Virus record (IMG/VR): IMGVR_UViG_3300042887_002087
Coordinates: 1 to 64,000 of that record
DNA: 64,000 nucleotides
Source of the DNA: an uncultured virus (IMG/VR IMGVR_UViG_3300042887_002087)
Taxonomy: Duplodnaviria > Heunggongvirae > Uroviricota > Caudoviricetes
Strand: one strand, 5' to 3'
This document shows positions 20,272 through 29,732 of this stretch, in pieces (within the stretch, counting starts at the first letter, position 1; every line of letters begins with the position of its first letter). The notes under the pieces are model-generated. The model did no database searches. It saw nothing but the letters and a program-made list of their open reading frames with translations, and was not told the origin of the DNA. The translations under genes were made by a program, and so were the position numbers.

Positions 20272-21744
20272 TTATTGTTTTTTAACTTTAAAAAATCCAT
20301 TTCCATAAACATCTAACTCACTCATGTTGTCAATTTCACCCAATCTTAGATTAACCTCCATGACACCTTGACGTCCTCTTTCCACAAAAATGTCAGAATA
20401 TACTGTTGGGTCATCGATAAAACCTAAGAAATGTTCGTTTCTTGTTAACATATGATTTATAACATACTCGGTAGCAAATTCTGTTGTATTACCACTTGTT
20501 GTTAAATATGGTACAGTATTTATTGTGTTTCCCGATATTTCATATGTATAACCACTAGTTGGTCCAAACCTATAATTTGGAACACTTCCCGTTATTTGTG
20601 TAAATCCATCTTCTCTATCCATATAATATAAATCATCTACCGTATATCCTGTATACTTTGTTCCATCAGATAATGATCCTGAATCAACACCATAAGGTGT
20701 GGTTTCACCATATCTCTTAAATTCACCAATTCTGCTTTGACCTATTGCCATAAATTTAAATGTCTTTGTGGGTGTTGCAGTATATCCTGTGTTAGAATAT
20801 TCATAATCATTTAAATAATTTAAAGATCCTGTTATTTGTGTATATGGTATTGTAAACCCGCTAAATGTCCCTAATACATTAACATTATCAGTAATAGAAC
20901 CTGTATTAAAAATGGTTATGTTTTTAGTTATTTTTTGATTTGACCATGGAGAGTTTAAAAAAATTGATATATCAAAACTACTTATATTTGATCCCGAATA
21001 TGTTTCTTTATATGAACCTGTATATGACGATGTATATGGTGTATAATTAAATGACGCGGTTGGAAAATTTGAATATAAAACTCCTCCATTTGAATCTAAT
21101 GAACCTGTAATTGATAGTGATCCTGTTATATTTTGTTTAACTCCCCAATCTATTGTAAAATCTTGATCAACAATTTTTCTTAATTTATCAGGATTTACAG
21201 TACTATAAATCGTAACATGTGATCCTGATATTCTATATGTAAAATTAACTAATTGTTCTACTTGTTCCATATTTCCATCGAATGAAACCATAACACCCAT
21301 TTCATCCACATCCGATTCTAAATAAATTGGTATCTCATATTCATAACCCGTAAATCCCGTGTATAAATTCCAATTATCTCCATCCCATTTATAATATTTC
21401 CCCTTTGTATTGTTAATTGCAACTTGTTCAACCTCTTTCCAATATACACTACCAGATGGTATGTTATTTAAATTACTACCTGTTAATGATTGATACGTTT
21501 TACCACTATAAAATAAAACAACGCTTCCTGTGTATGTAATATCAGGATACCATTTTATGTCACGTACCAAATGTAAACTACCTGTCTCATTTGAAGACGG
21601 TACCATACCATCTATTGGGACTGACGCACTATACCAAGATTTCCAATCGTTTATTTCTGTATCAAACCAAAAAGTACCAGTTTCTGAATGTAAATTAACA
21701 TCAGGTATCTGTCTTTTTAATATTGTATATTCGTTTTTTTTCAT
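20272..21744 (-). CDS. Putative virion protein with one CBM5/12-like module
   Basis: KWYPDITY...FYSGKTYQSL...NLNNIP...YW; strong TGS/SGS enrichment. Confidence 0.55.
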   Translation of the reverse strand: MKKNEYTILKRQIPDVNLHSETGTFWFDTEINDWKSWYSASVPIDGMVPSSNETGSLHLVRDIKWYPDITYTGSVVLFYSGKTYQSLTGSNLNNIPSGSVYWKEVEQVAINNTKGKYYKWDGDNWNLYTGFTGYEYEIPIYLESDVDEMGVMVSFDGNMEQVEQLVNFTYRISGSHVTIYSTVNPDKLRKIVDQDFTIDWGVKQNITGSLSITGSLDSNGGVLYSNFPTASFNYTPYTSSYTGSYKETYSGSNISSFDISIFLNSPWSNQKITKNITIFNTGSITDNVNVLGTFSGFTIPYTQITGSLNYLNDYEYSNTGYTATPTKTFKFMAIGQSRIGEFKRYGETTPYGVDSGSLSDGTKYTGYTVDDLYYMDREDGFTQITGSVPNYRFGPTSGYTYEISGNTINTVPYLTTSGNTTEFATEYVINHMLTRNEHFLGFIDDPTVYSDIFVERGRQGVMEVNLRLGEIDNMSELDVYGNGFFKVKKQ

Positions 21745-21745
21745 T

Positions 21746-23878
21746 TTAGCACTGTTCTGATGATAATCCTGTTATTTGTCCTGTACTATTATTAATATCC
21801 CACGTTTCTCCATTAATTTGAACATATTCGTATCCTATCAAAGCATTAGGGAATGTATCAACATATACAAAGCATCCTGTTGTAAAATCAAATGGTCCAC
21901 AATCAGAATAGAATGTTCTATTATTTGATGCGTCATTACAAACTCCACTAAATGTATTTCCTCTACCACAACCTGTATATGTTGTTAAAGGTATTGTAGT
22001 TGCTGTTGGAGTAGGCGTTGGTGTTGAACCGCCAGGAGTTGCTGTTGGCGTTGCGGTTGGAGTTGCAGTTGGCACACCTGAACAAGAGGTACATGCTGTT
22101 TGAGCTGTTCCTGTTTGTGCCGAACCATCTCTCATAAATTCTCTTTCATCAGTACCATCAGAAACCCAAAATGTAGTGTTATTAGTCATATCACCATATA
22201 CGTTACCATATATTGAAGAAGATAAACCTAATACTTTAGTTAGGTTACATAATGAAGTACCTTGAACTGTAACAGTCACCGCCTCATATTCACCACCACT
22301 ACAAGCTGATGGACCATTAACTAAACTCACATAACCACTAAATGTAGTTTGGAATGGTGTTGGAGTTGGTGGTAAAGGAGTTGGTGTTGCAGTTGGTGGT
22401 AAAGGAGTTGGTGTCGCCGTTGGTGGTAAAGGAGTTGATGTTGGTGTTGGTGTTGCGGTTGATGGAAGACATGACGTTTCACCATAAAACACAGATGAAA
22501 TTGACGCGATTACTCCTGATAATGAATTATTTTGAATACAATCATTAATTACTTGTGGTCCAATACCAAATGTCTCCGTAACTTCACTACCCTCACAATT
22601 AAAATATCTAACAGTTCCACCAAAATCAACTTCAAAACTTACTGACGTTACACAAGGACTTTCTGTAGGTGTTGGGGTTATTGTAGGAATTACCGTAGCC
22701 ACTGGTGTAGGTGTTGAAGTTGGGAAAGGTGTTGACGTTGGTCTAGGTGTCGCCGTAACTCCACCAATAGGTGTCGGAGTTGGGGTTGATACCGGTAATA
22801 ATACTCCTCCTCCTTTTTCGTAGAATGTTATACTATCAGTCGTTGTATAACCTGTACCTATTCTATCTAATTTTGTTGTCCCCGTATATCTATATATTTG
22901 ATATGTTCTTTCATAGTGATCAAAATCAATTTGATAATACATATCTTTTTCTTCCGTTATATTATAACTTGTTGTTTGACCTGAATTTATAAAATCTAAT
23001 ATCTCACCTCTATCCGCATTGAAAAATTTTGCTGTCATGAAAAACGTATTCATTCCGTGATAAAATGGTGATTTATTATCATTTGGGTTTTTTATAATTT
23101 CATATGTTAAATTTGGATATTGAAATGTTTGTCCCGTCCAACCAATTAATGTGGTACCTGTAGTACCTGTAGTTATTGGTATGTTTACTTGTGTTATATC
23201 GTTATTTTCATTTGTAAATAAAATAGTTTGTTCCGTTGTTGCGGTAAAACTATACATATCTAATGTTGTAGTTCCACTTAAATTAGTATCTGTTAAAACA
23301 CTCTCATTATCAAACCAAAACAAATACATATTTTCTTTGTTTCGATAATTTGAACCTGTAAAAACAGGTACAAATATATTATACCCATAGTTACTACCTG
23401 TATGAAAATATTTTTCACCTAAGGGTAATGCTAAATTTTTAGAATTTATTAATCTTCTATTTTGTCTTGTCGGTGGCTCACATGTTAAAACATAATTTGT
23501 TATACTACCGGGTGTTTTATAAAACTCTAATCTAAAGAAACTTTCAGTTGATTGTTTTGTCATCAATTGATTTTCTTGTGTTGATATACCAACAGGATTA
23601 TAATCTAAAACATAATTTGGTGTGTCTCCACTTGTTGCAAAATAAAATTGAAACCATATGTCAGTTTGTGTAAAATTAGGTGGGTAAGTGTTTCCCGTTA
23701 CAATATATGGTTTATGAATGTATCTAACTGTTTCATAATTTTTAGATGGATTAATAATATCTTTTAAAACTTCATCTTCAAAATCGGCAAGATTATCCTG
23801 CCAACCCAAATCGGTTCTAAAACTTTGTTCACTATTAACTACAATATTTAAATTGTTACTATTTTTTAAAATTTCCAT
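21746..23878 (-). CDS. Virion protein with C-terminal PT linkers and Cys-rich modules
   Basis: Two modules homologous to those of 12282..13592. Confidence 0.6.
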   Translation of the reverse strand: MEILKNSNNLNIVVNSEQSFRTDLGWQDNLADFEDEVLKDIINPSKNYETVRYIHKPYIVTGNTYPPNFTQTDIWFQFYFATSGDTPNYVLDYNPVGISTQENQLMTKQSTESFFRLEFYKTPGSITNYVLTCEPPTRQNRRLINSKNLALPLGEKYFHTGSNYGYNIFVPVFTGSNYRNKENMYLFWFDNESVLTDTNLSGTTTLDMYSFTATTEQTILFTNENNDITQVNIPITTGTTGTTLIGWTGQTFQYPNLTYEIIKNPNDNKSPFYHGMNTFFMTAKFFNADRGEILDFINSGQTTSYNITEEKDMYYQIDFDHYERTYQIYRYTGTTKLDRIGTGYTTTDSITFYEKGGGVLLPVSTPTPTPIGGVTATPRPTSTPFPTSTPTPVATVIPTITPTPTESPCVTSVSFEVDFGGTVRYFNCEGSEVTETFGIGPQVINDCIQNNSLSGVIASISSVFYGETSCLPSTATPTPTSTPLPPTATPTPLPPTATPTPLPPTPTPFQTTFSGYVSLVNGPSACSGGEYEAVTVTVQGTSLCNLTKVLGLSSSIYGNVYGDMTNNTTFWVSDGTDEREFMRDGSAQTGTAQTACTSCSGVPTATPTATPTATPGGSTPTPTPTATTIPLTTYTGCGRGNTFSGVCNDASNNRTFYSDCGPFDFTTGCFVYVDTFPNALIGYEYVQINGETWDINNSTGQITGLSSEQC

Positions 23879-26046
23879 TAACAGTTAGTTTTATTTTTAT
23901 AATTATTAAATCCACCAAATAGATCATTTTTATTTTTATATGATTTTTCATTTCTTAAATAAAAATTAATATCATTTACAACATAGTGTGTATTATTCAT
24001 ATATGGAAATCTTGTTCCATTACCATCTTGATCCACAAATCCATGATCATATAAATCTCTCCATTTCCATAATTTATCATCATTATCGTAAATTGCATTT
24101 TCGGGTAAATTGATTAAATCGTTTGTTTTTGAACTTTCGATATATGGAGATAGTTCTCTTAATTTAACTCTGTAGTGTGGTTGGTAATAATACCCGACTG
24201 TATTTGATGGTGTTGCTCCTTGATAAAAACTATCTTGATCTTGTGAGTGATAAAATAATCTATTACTTCCACCTACTGTTGTTCCAGAAAAAATTGTTTT
24301 GTGTGAAAATTTATGAAACGCCTCACTAATAATTCTTTCTTTTAATTCTTTTCTATTGTATTCAACGAAGGCACCTGTAAGACCTGTGGTTCCTACCGGT
24401 ATAGTTGTTCCGCCAGTAAATGTTACACCCGTATAATTGTAGGTACTACCTAATATTGTATTTGTTTTACCACTGAACGTTTGTGTTAATCCTGTCATTA
24501 CCTTTTCAACCGATGTTGTTCCACTAAATTGATTATCCAACCAATTATCATGAAAATTAAATTTAAATCCTACTTTTGGTGGGTAATCAAATAATCCGTT
24601 ACCGTTTTTAAAAATTATACTTACATAAACTTCTGTTGGTGTGTAACCCAAATTATTGGTTATTCCGGTTAATGAGAATGTTTCTTTAAAATCAAATAAT
24701 ACAGATTCTTGTCGATTTCTTTCTACTAATATATCATTTTCTTGTAATGGATTTTCGAATAATATTTTTCTTTCGTCTTCAAAAATTGATGATTCAAAAC
24801 CAACTTTATCCATAATATATTGTTGATCTCCTGTTAATGTTTTATGTTTATGAACATAATATTGTGACGTTGTTCCTGAAATATTTTTAATATCTAAACA
24901 TCTTTTACCTAACACAACTGAGCTTAATATTGTTCCCGACGAAAATTCATTTTTTAATATGTTGATTACATAATTTTCTGAATTATAAGTTTGATTACCA
25001 ACACTATCGATATAGTAAATTCTATATTTTTCGGTGTCGGAAGTAATTGGTATTGTATAATATTGTCTATTAGATGTTTGTTGCCAGAAACTTGTTGATC
25101 CCGTAATCGGTGGTATATTATTTAAATTAGAATTTACTAAAGATTTATAAGTTGCTCCCGAATAAAAAACTAAATTATTAACATCATAAGTTTCAGTTGA
25201 ATTCCAATTAGTAACTAATTTCCAATTTGTATTTCCTGTTAGTGGTGGTATGTTATTTACATTACTATTTATTTTTGATGTATATATTTTATCAGAATAA
25301 TGTATAATATTATCTTTACTATAGGTAACTCCTGAAACCCAATTATGAGAAGTATATGTACCTCCCGATAGAATAATATATTCCCCTTGTGATATTCCGT
25401 GTTCAACTGGTGATGTTAATATATAATAATTTGGATCTGTTGTACTGTCTACTCTAAATGGTATTCCGTTACCAGCAACAAAGTTAAAATTAGTTTCATC
25501 TGATAAAGTATAGTTCATAGTGAATCCACTATCTTGTCCGTTCACATAACTTAAATATAAATTCCAATTTTTATAAGGAGCGTCGATTGATGTTGTGATG
25601 GTATGACCGGTGTATCTTCCAAATGGTGTTCCGTCAAATAAATCAATTTTTGGTATTACATTTGTTGTTCCTAATGTAGATCCATATGAAGGGGTTGTCC
25701 TTTCTCGTAAAACATCATTTCTTAAAAATGCAAATTCATTATATGGTACAAATCCTAAATCATTTCCCGTTCCGTCACCACATAAATAAAGGTTTCTTAA
25801 TAGTGGAATATAATCAGTAAAACCATTATACATGTTTCTAAAAACCATTTTTAATTTACCATATATTTTATAATTAAAACTTTGGTTTCTTTCATCATCA
25901 AATAATTCGGTTAGATTTAACATTATATTTCTATCACCTTCTCTCATCAATGTCTCATCATTATCTAATTTAACATTAAGATTAAGATCCTGTTCATCTG
26001 CCTTAAAATATCTTTTACTCGGTAATAAAATTTGTTTCTTTTTCAT
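23878..26046 (-). CDS. Virion protein with two tandem CBM5/12-like modules
   Basis: NWVSGVTY...YSDKIY...NNIPP...W and NWNSTETY...YSGATY...NNIPP...W. Confidence 0.55.
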   Translation of the reverse strand: MKKKQILLPSKRYFKADEQDLNLNVKLDNDETLMREGDRNIMLNLTELFDDERNQSFNYKIYGKLKMVFRNMYNGFTDYIPLLRNLYLCGDGTGNDLGFVPYNEFAFLRNDVLRERTTPSYGSTLGTTNVIPKIDLFDGTPFGRYTGHTITTSIDAPYKNWNLYLSYVNGQDSGFTMNYTLSDETNFNFVAGNGIPFRVDSTTDPNYYILTSPVEHGISQGEYIILSGGTYTSHNWVSGVTYSKDNIIHYSDKIYTSKINSNVNNIPPLTGNTNWKLVTNWNSTETYDVNNLVFYSGATYKSLVNSNLNNIPPITGSTSFWQQTSNRQYYTIPITSDTEKYRIYYIDSVGNQTYNSENYVINILKNEFSSGTILSSVVLGKRCLDIKNISGTTSQYYVHKHKTLTGDQQYIMDKVGFESSIFEDERKILFENPLQENDILVERNRQESVLFDFKETFSLTGITNNLGYTPTEVYVSIIFKNGNGLFDYPPKVGFKFNFHDNWLDNQFSGTTSVEKVMTGLTQTFSGKTNTILGSTYNYTGVTFTGGTTIPVGTTGLTGAFVEYNRKELKERIISEAFHKFSHKTIFSGTTVGGSNRLFYHSQDQDSFYQGATPSNTVGYYYQPHYRVKLRELSPYIESSKTNDLINLPENAIYDNDDKLWKWRDLYDHGFVDQDGNGTRFPYMNNTHYVVNDINFYLRNEKSYKNKNDLFGGFNNYKNKTNC

Positions 26047-26059
26047 TTTTTAGTTTTTA

Positions 26060-29000
26060 TTAAGGAACTTGGTTTTCACATTCAAGTAAATTAAATGCCC
26101 CTTTAGGACCAAATAAATCTACAAACTTATCCATTCCCGTTTTACCCGCCATTAGTCCAAAATAAAAATGAAATGGTGTCGAAAGGATTTGTCTATTTCC
26201 ACTGTAATAATCAATTGTTGGTCTTATGATATAATCAATTGAACTACTCCAAAATTGTGAGTGCCAACCATTTGTTATTGTAATACCTTGGTATGTTGAG
26301 TTACCCGATACTGGACCAACTCTTGTATATAATGTTCCTCCTGTTGGTGCCTTAGTATATTGTCCCGACCCACCAGATAATAATTGATTTGTAAATCCTG
26401 TTACGTGTAAATAAGTAAAACCAGGATATTCTAAACCATAGTCCTCACTACTATCAAAAGGATTTTCATCAAGATCAACAATATCAAAATCAATTTGATC
26501 TGTACCATCTCCATTTATTGTTAAACCACTAAAAGTATAAGTCATTGGTAATAACAAATATTTGTCTGACGAATCATTTGGTGCTCCATTAATATTATAA
26601 GCATATGTCATTCCTTGTAAAGGTTGTAATTCAACGGAACCATAATCCCAAGATTGACTATCTTTATATTCATTATATGGGCCAAATCCTTCACCTCCCT
26701 TATCCCACAAATAAAACGGTACTTTTTGTGAAGATCCATAAGTATCAGAATCCCAACCCAATCTTCCTGGTTCATTTAAACACGCTCTAATTCTTTCACC
26801 ATCTTCTTTTAGATCGAAAGTAACCGGTAATGGTCCATATTGAGAGTTTACGGTTTTAAAAACTTCAGGATAAATCTCAGGATCTAACTTATTGAATTGA
26901 TATGCAAGATATTTTGAATTTTCTAAATCAAATCCTTCTATACCGGCTTCATTATTAATAGATAATAATTGTAGAATATCTCCATCTAAAATTTGTCTTA
27001 GACCTATTTTATTTTGAAATCCTTTGTTGGTAAAAAACATATCTAAATTTCCGAGAGCTCCTCCGACATCCATTCTATAATTAATTGCTAATCCAAGTAA
27101 ATCTCCAATGTCTTGATATGAGGTAGGTCCAATACTTCTTGATACAGAACAATTTGGATCTAATCTTTTATCAATACATATTTCTTTAATAAATTCATCT
27201 CTTGGTCCTAAATCTACAAATGTCGTAGGGTGATTTAATTCATTAGGTATAAAATTACCATTTTTAAATTTAGCTGACCTATAATAAAATTTATTAATTC
27301 CGTTACCTACGAATCTTACCAATGTCCTACAATATCTTATTAATTTTTCATTATTACTACTTATAGCTCTAGTAACTCCTTTAGCTTTAAATTGTAAAAA
27401 ATATAGTGATCCAGATAACCAATTATCAATAAAACCATAATTAACGACACCACCACAAAACATTTTACCCACTCGTTTTCTTCTATAGTATTCTCTCAAT
27501 ATACCTGTTAATCTTGCTGGAGTTTGAGTACCTGGAACAATATAAAAAACTCCGTTTGCGAATTCACTTCTTGCACTTGGGGTTGCGTATCCTCCATTAT
27601 AATTATAACTTTCACAAGCAAAATCTTGAACACCTGTTACGAATGGATTACCTGAATTATATGGATAATATGATTCTGGCACATTTATTGCTCCCCCATA
27701 AATTGCGGTGGAGATTAATATATTACCTGCACTTAATTCTGTTTTTAATTGTGCATTAGTTTGAACATATTTTCTTCCTATATTTTCTGGTAAAAGTGTA
27801 GCATTATAACCGCAACCTTTAAATTCACTCGTATTACTAGTATTCGTAACAAAATACCCTGTCACCAAATTATCATCATATAATGTATCATAATAACCAC
27901 AACTACTATTTCCACTATAAGATATGCCAGAACCATTTCCACCTCCAATAGTGGAACTTTCATCTGAACATTCGACGCATTCAGGATAATTAATTAAACT
28001 TAATTTTGTTTGATTATTAATAACAAATTCTGTAAGTCTTGATCTTAGAGGTCTATTCCTTTTTGCCGCAACAGAAATTAACGCTTCGACTATAAATCCT
28101 AAAATAAAAACTGTAAAATTTAAAAATTGTAATGTTAAAAATTTAATAACAAAATCCAATACTAATAAAAAATCGGCAATTAATAATGGAAATGTATAAT
28201 TCTTTATACCAAAATTTGATGGTGGTGTTAGTTTATCTCCACAATCTTCTTCTTCACTTGGAATTGTGTCATTTATATTAGCGAAACCGACTTGTCCAAT
28301 TAAATTTGTGCCGTTATATCTCTGTTGAAATGACGATACTGTATAGACTTTATTATATGTAAATCTATAAAAATAATCTTGTGGATAATACTCACCTCCA
28401 TCATTATTTAAAATTAATGGTAAAGCCTCAGATGGATAATCACTTAGACTTGTTGAAAACGCATATGATTTATCATTTGGAACATCATAAGAAAATCCAC
28501 CTAACGTTTCGGTTAATTGATACTCTCTTATGTTTGGTAACAAATAATCAGCATTAAATCTAACTCTCGTTAAATCATTATCATTCATGTTAATTCTAAA
28601 TCTATAACATCCTGATGTTGGAATACCTCTATTAATATCATTAGTTATTTCATTCTCACCAAATTCATTTGTAATTACATAATCCATGTTCATAACAACC
28701 GGTAATACAAATCCACCGTCATCGGGTATATCCTCATTTATATTAACAACTTCTAAACGTGGGTAATTGTTATCATCTTTTTGAGGTGTGAATCTAATAG
28801 CTTCAATCTTACCTGACTTAGCAACTAAATCACATTTTCTTCCCATTTTTCTTCTTGGGGTACAAGCTTTATTAATTGCATTTTTACTACTGTCAGTAAA
28901 AATACCACCAATTACATATGCTTTAGGTTGAATATTAACTCCGTTTTCTGTTAAGTCAAAATCTGTTCTTGTAATACCAATCTCACATAAAGATTCATTT

Positions 29001-29677
29001 CCCCAAAAAGGATAAACTTGGATGATTTTATTTATACTAACAATTTGTGGTAAAGAGTCTAAATCTTCAGATTCTTTAAATGAGAATTTGTTTTTAAATC
29101 CATCGACATTTATTCCTTGTCTAATAAAATCATACGGTCTTAAAGAGAAACAACCGACATCAGATAAGTCAGCATCCATATGTATTGTTTGTGCACCAAT
29201 AGGTACACCCCAAATCATAAAATCACCCGCACTATTTGTTTTAACTGTGTATTTGTAATATTTCTCATATACCTCTAAAACTTCTTCTCTCTCTAAAATA
29301 TTAGTTTGATCGGGAAACGTCCCCGTTTTTGCATGTCCACTATGTTGTTGTCTTGATGGTAATAAGTTATAACGATAATTATTTTCGTCTCTGTCAGTAA
29401 CTTCCTTATATGGGTAAAGAGTAGAAATTACAGGATCCTCTTCATCTTCTATTGTTAATGGTACAAATATTGATACTCTTACATTACCGAGTCCAAAACC
29501 ATTGTTTGCAGTAACTCTACCACAGACAACTCCGTAATCAGAGCACATCGAAGTGTAAATCTCTTTTTGACTAAATTTTAAAGATAAAATCTCTAAAACG
29601 TCAAAATCTTGTTTTAACTCAACTGTGATTTTTTGGTCAACCCCAATATTGGTTGAAATTCTATGCTTTTGTATCAT
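26060..29677 (-). CDS. Large baseplate-associated protein with an internal hydrophobic segment
   Basis: N-terminal GRV...NVRVSI...KTNSAGDFMIWGVP (prealbumin-like fold pattern); directly downstream of the gp6-like gene. Confidence 0.55.
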   Translation of the reverse strand: MIQKHRISTNIGVDQKITVELKQDFDVLEILSLKFSQKEIYTSMCSDYGVVCGRVTANNGFGLGNVRVSIFVPLTIEDEEDPVISTLYPYKEVTDRDENNYRYNLLPSRQQHSGHAKTGTFPDQTNILEREEVLEVYEKYYKYTVKTNSAGDFMIWGVPIGAQTIHMDADLSDVGCFSLRPYDFIRQGINVDGFKNKFSFKESEDLDSLPQIVSINKIIQVYPFWGNESLCEIGITRTDFDLTENGVNIQPKAYVIGGIFTDSSKNAINKACTPRRKMGRKCDLVAKSGKIEAIRFTPQKDDNNYPRLEVVNINEDIPDDGGFVLPVVMNMDYVITNEFGENEITNDINRGIPTSGCYRFRINMNDNDLTRVRFNADYLLPNIREYQLTETLGGFSYDVPNDKSYAFSTSLSDYPSEALPLILNNDGGEYYPQDYFYRFTYNKVYTVSSFQQRYNGTNLIGQVGFANINDTIPSEEEDCGDKLTPPSNFGIKNYTFPLLIADFLLVLDFVIKFLTLQFLNFTVFILGFIVEALISVAAKRNRPLRSRLTEFVINNQTKLSLINYPECVECSDESSTIGGGNGSGISYSGNSSCGYYDTLYDDNLVTGYFVTNTSNTSEFKGCGYNATLLPENIGRKYVQTNAQLKTELSAGNILISTAIYGGAINVPESYYPYNSGNPFVTGVQDFACESYNYNGGYATPSARSEFANGVFYIVPGTQTPARLTGILREYYRRKRVGKMFCGGVVNYGFIDNWLSGSLYFLQFKAKGVTRAISSNNEKLIRYCRTLVRFVGNGINKFYYRSAKFKNGNFIPNELNHPTTFVDLGPRDEFIKEICIDKRLDPNCSVSRSIGPTSYQDIGDLLGLAINYRMDVGGALGNLDMFFTNKGFQNKIGLRQILDGDILQLLSINNEAGIEGFDLENSKYLAYQFNKLDPEIYPEVFKTVNSQYGPLPVTFDLKEDGERIRACLNEPGRLGWDSDTYGSSQKVPFYLWDKGGEGFGPYNEYKDSQSWDYGSVELQPLQGMTYAYNINGAPNDSSDKYLLLPMTYTFSGLTINGDGTDQIDFDIVDLDENPFDSSEDYGLEYPGFTYLHVTGFTNQLLSGGSGQYTKAPTGGTLYTRVGPVSGNSTYQGITITNGWHSQFWSSSIDYIIRPTIDYYSGNRQILSTPFHFYFGLMAGKTGMDKFVDLFGPKGAFNLLECENQVP

Positions 29678-29732
29678 TCTTATAATAAATAGAAACTATG
29701 TGATTTTCTATATATTATAACGAAAAAACATT

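Noticed and set aside
12530..22330. Diversity-generating retroelement TR/VR pair
   Set aside because: Both copies are coding, mismatches are not adenine-specific, and there is no reverse transcriptase in the window
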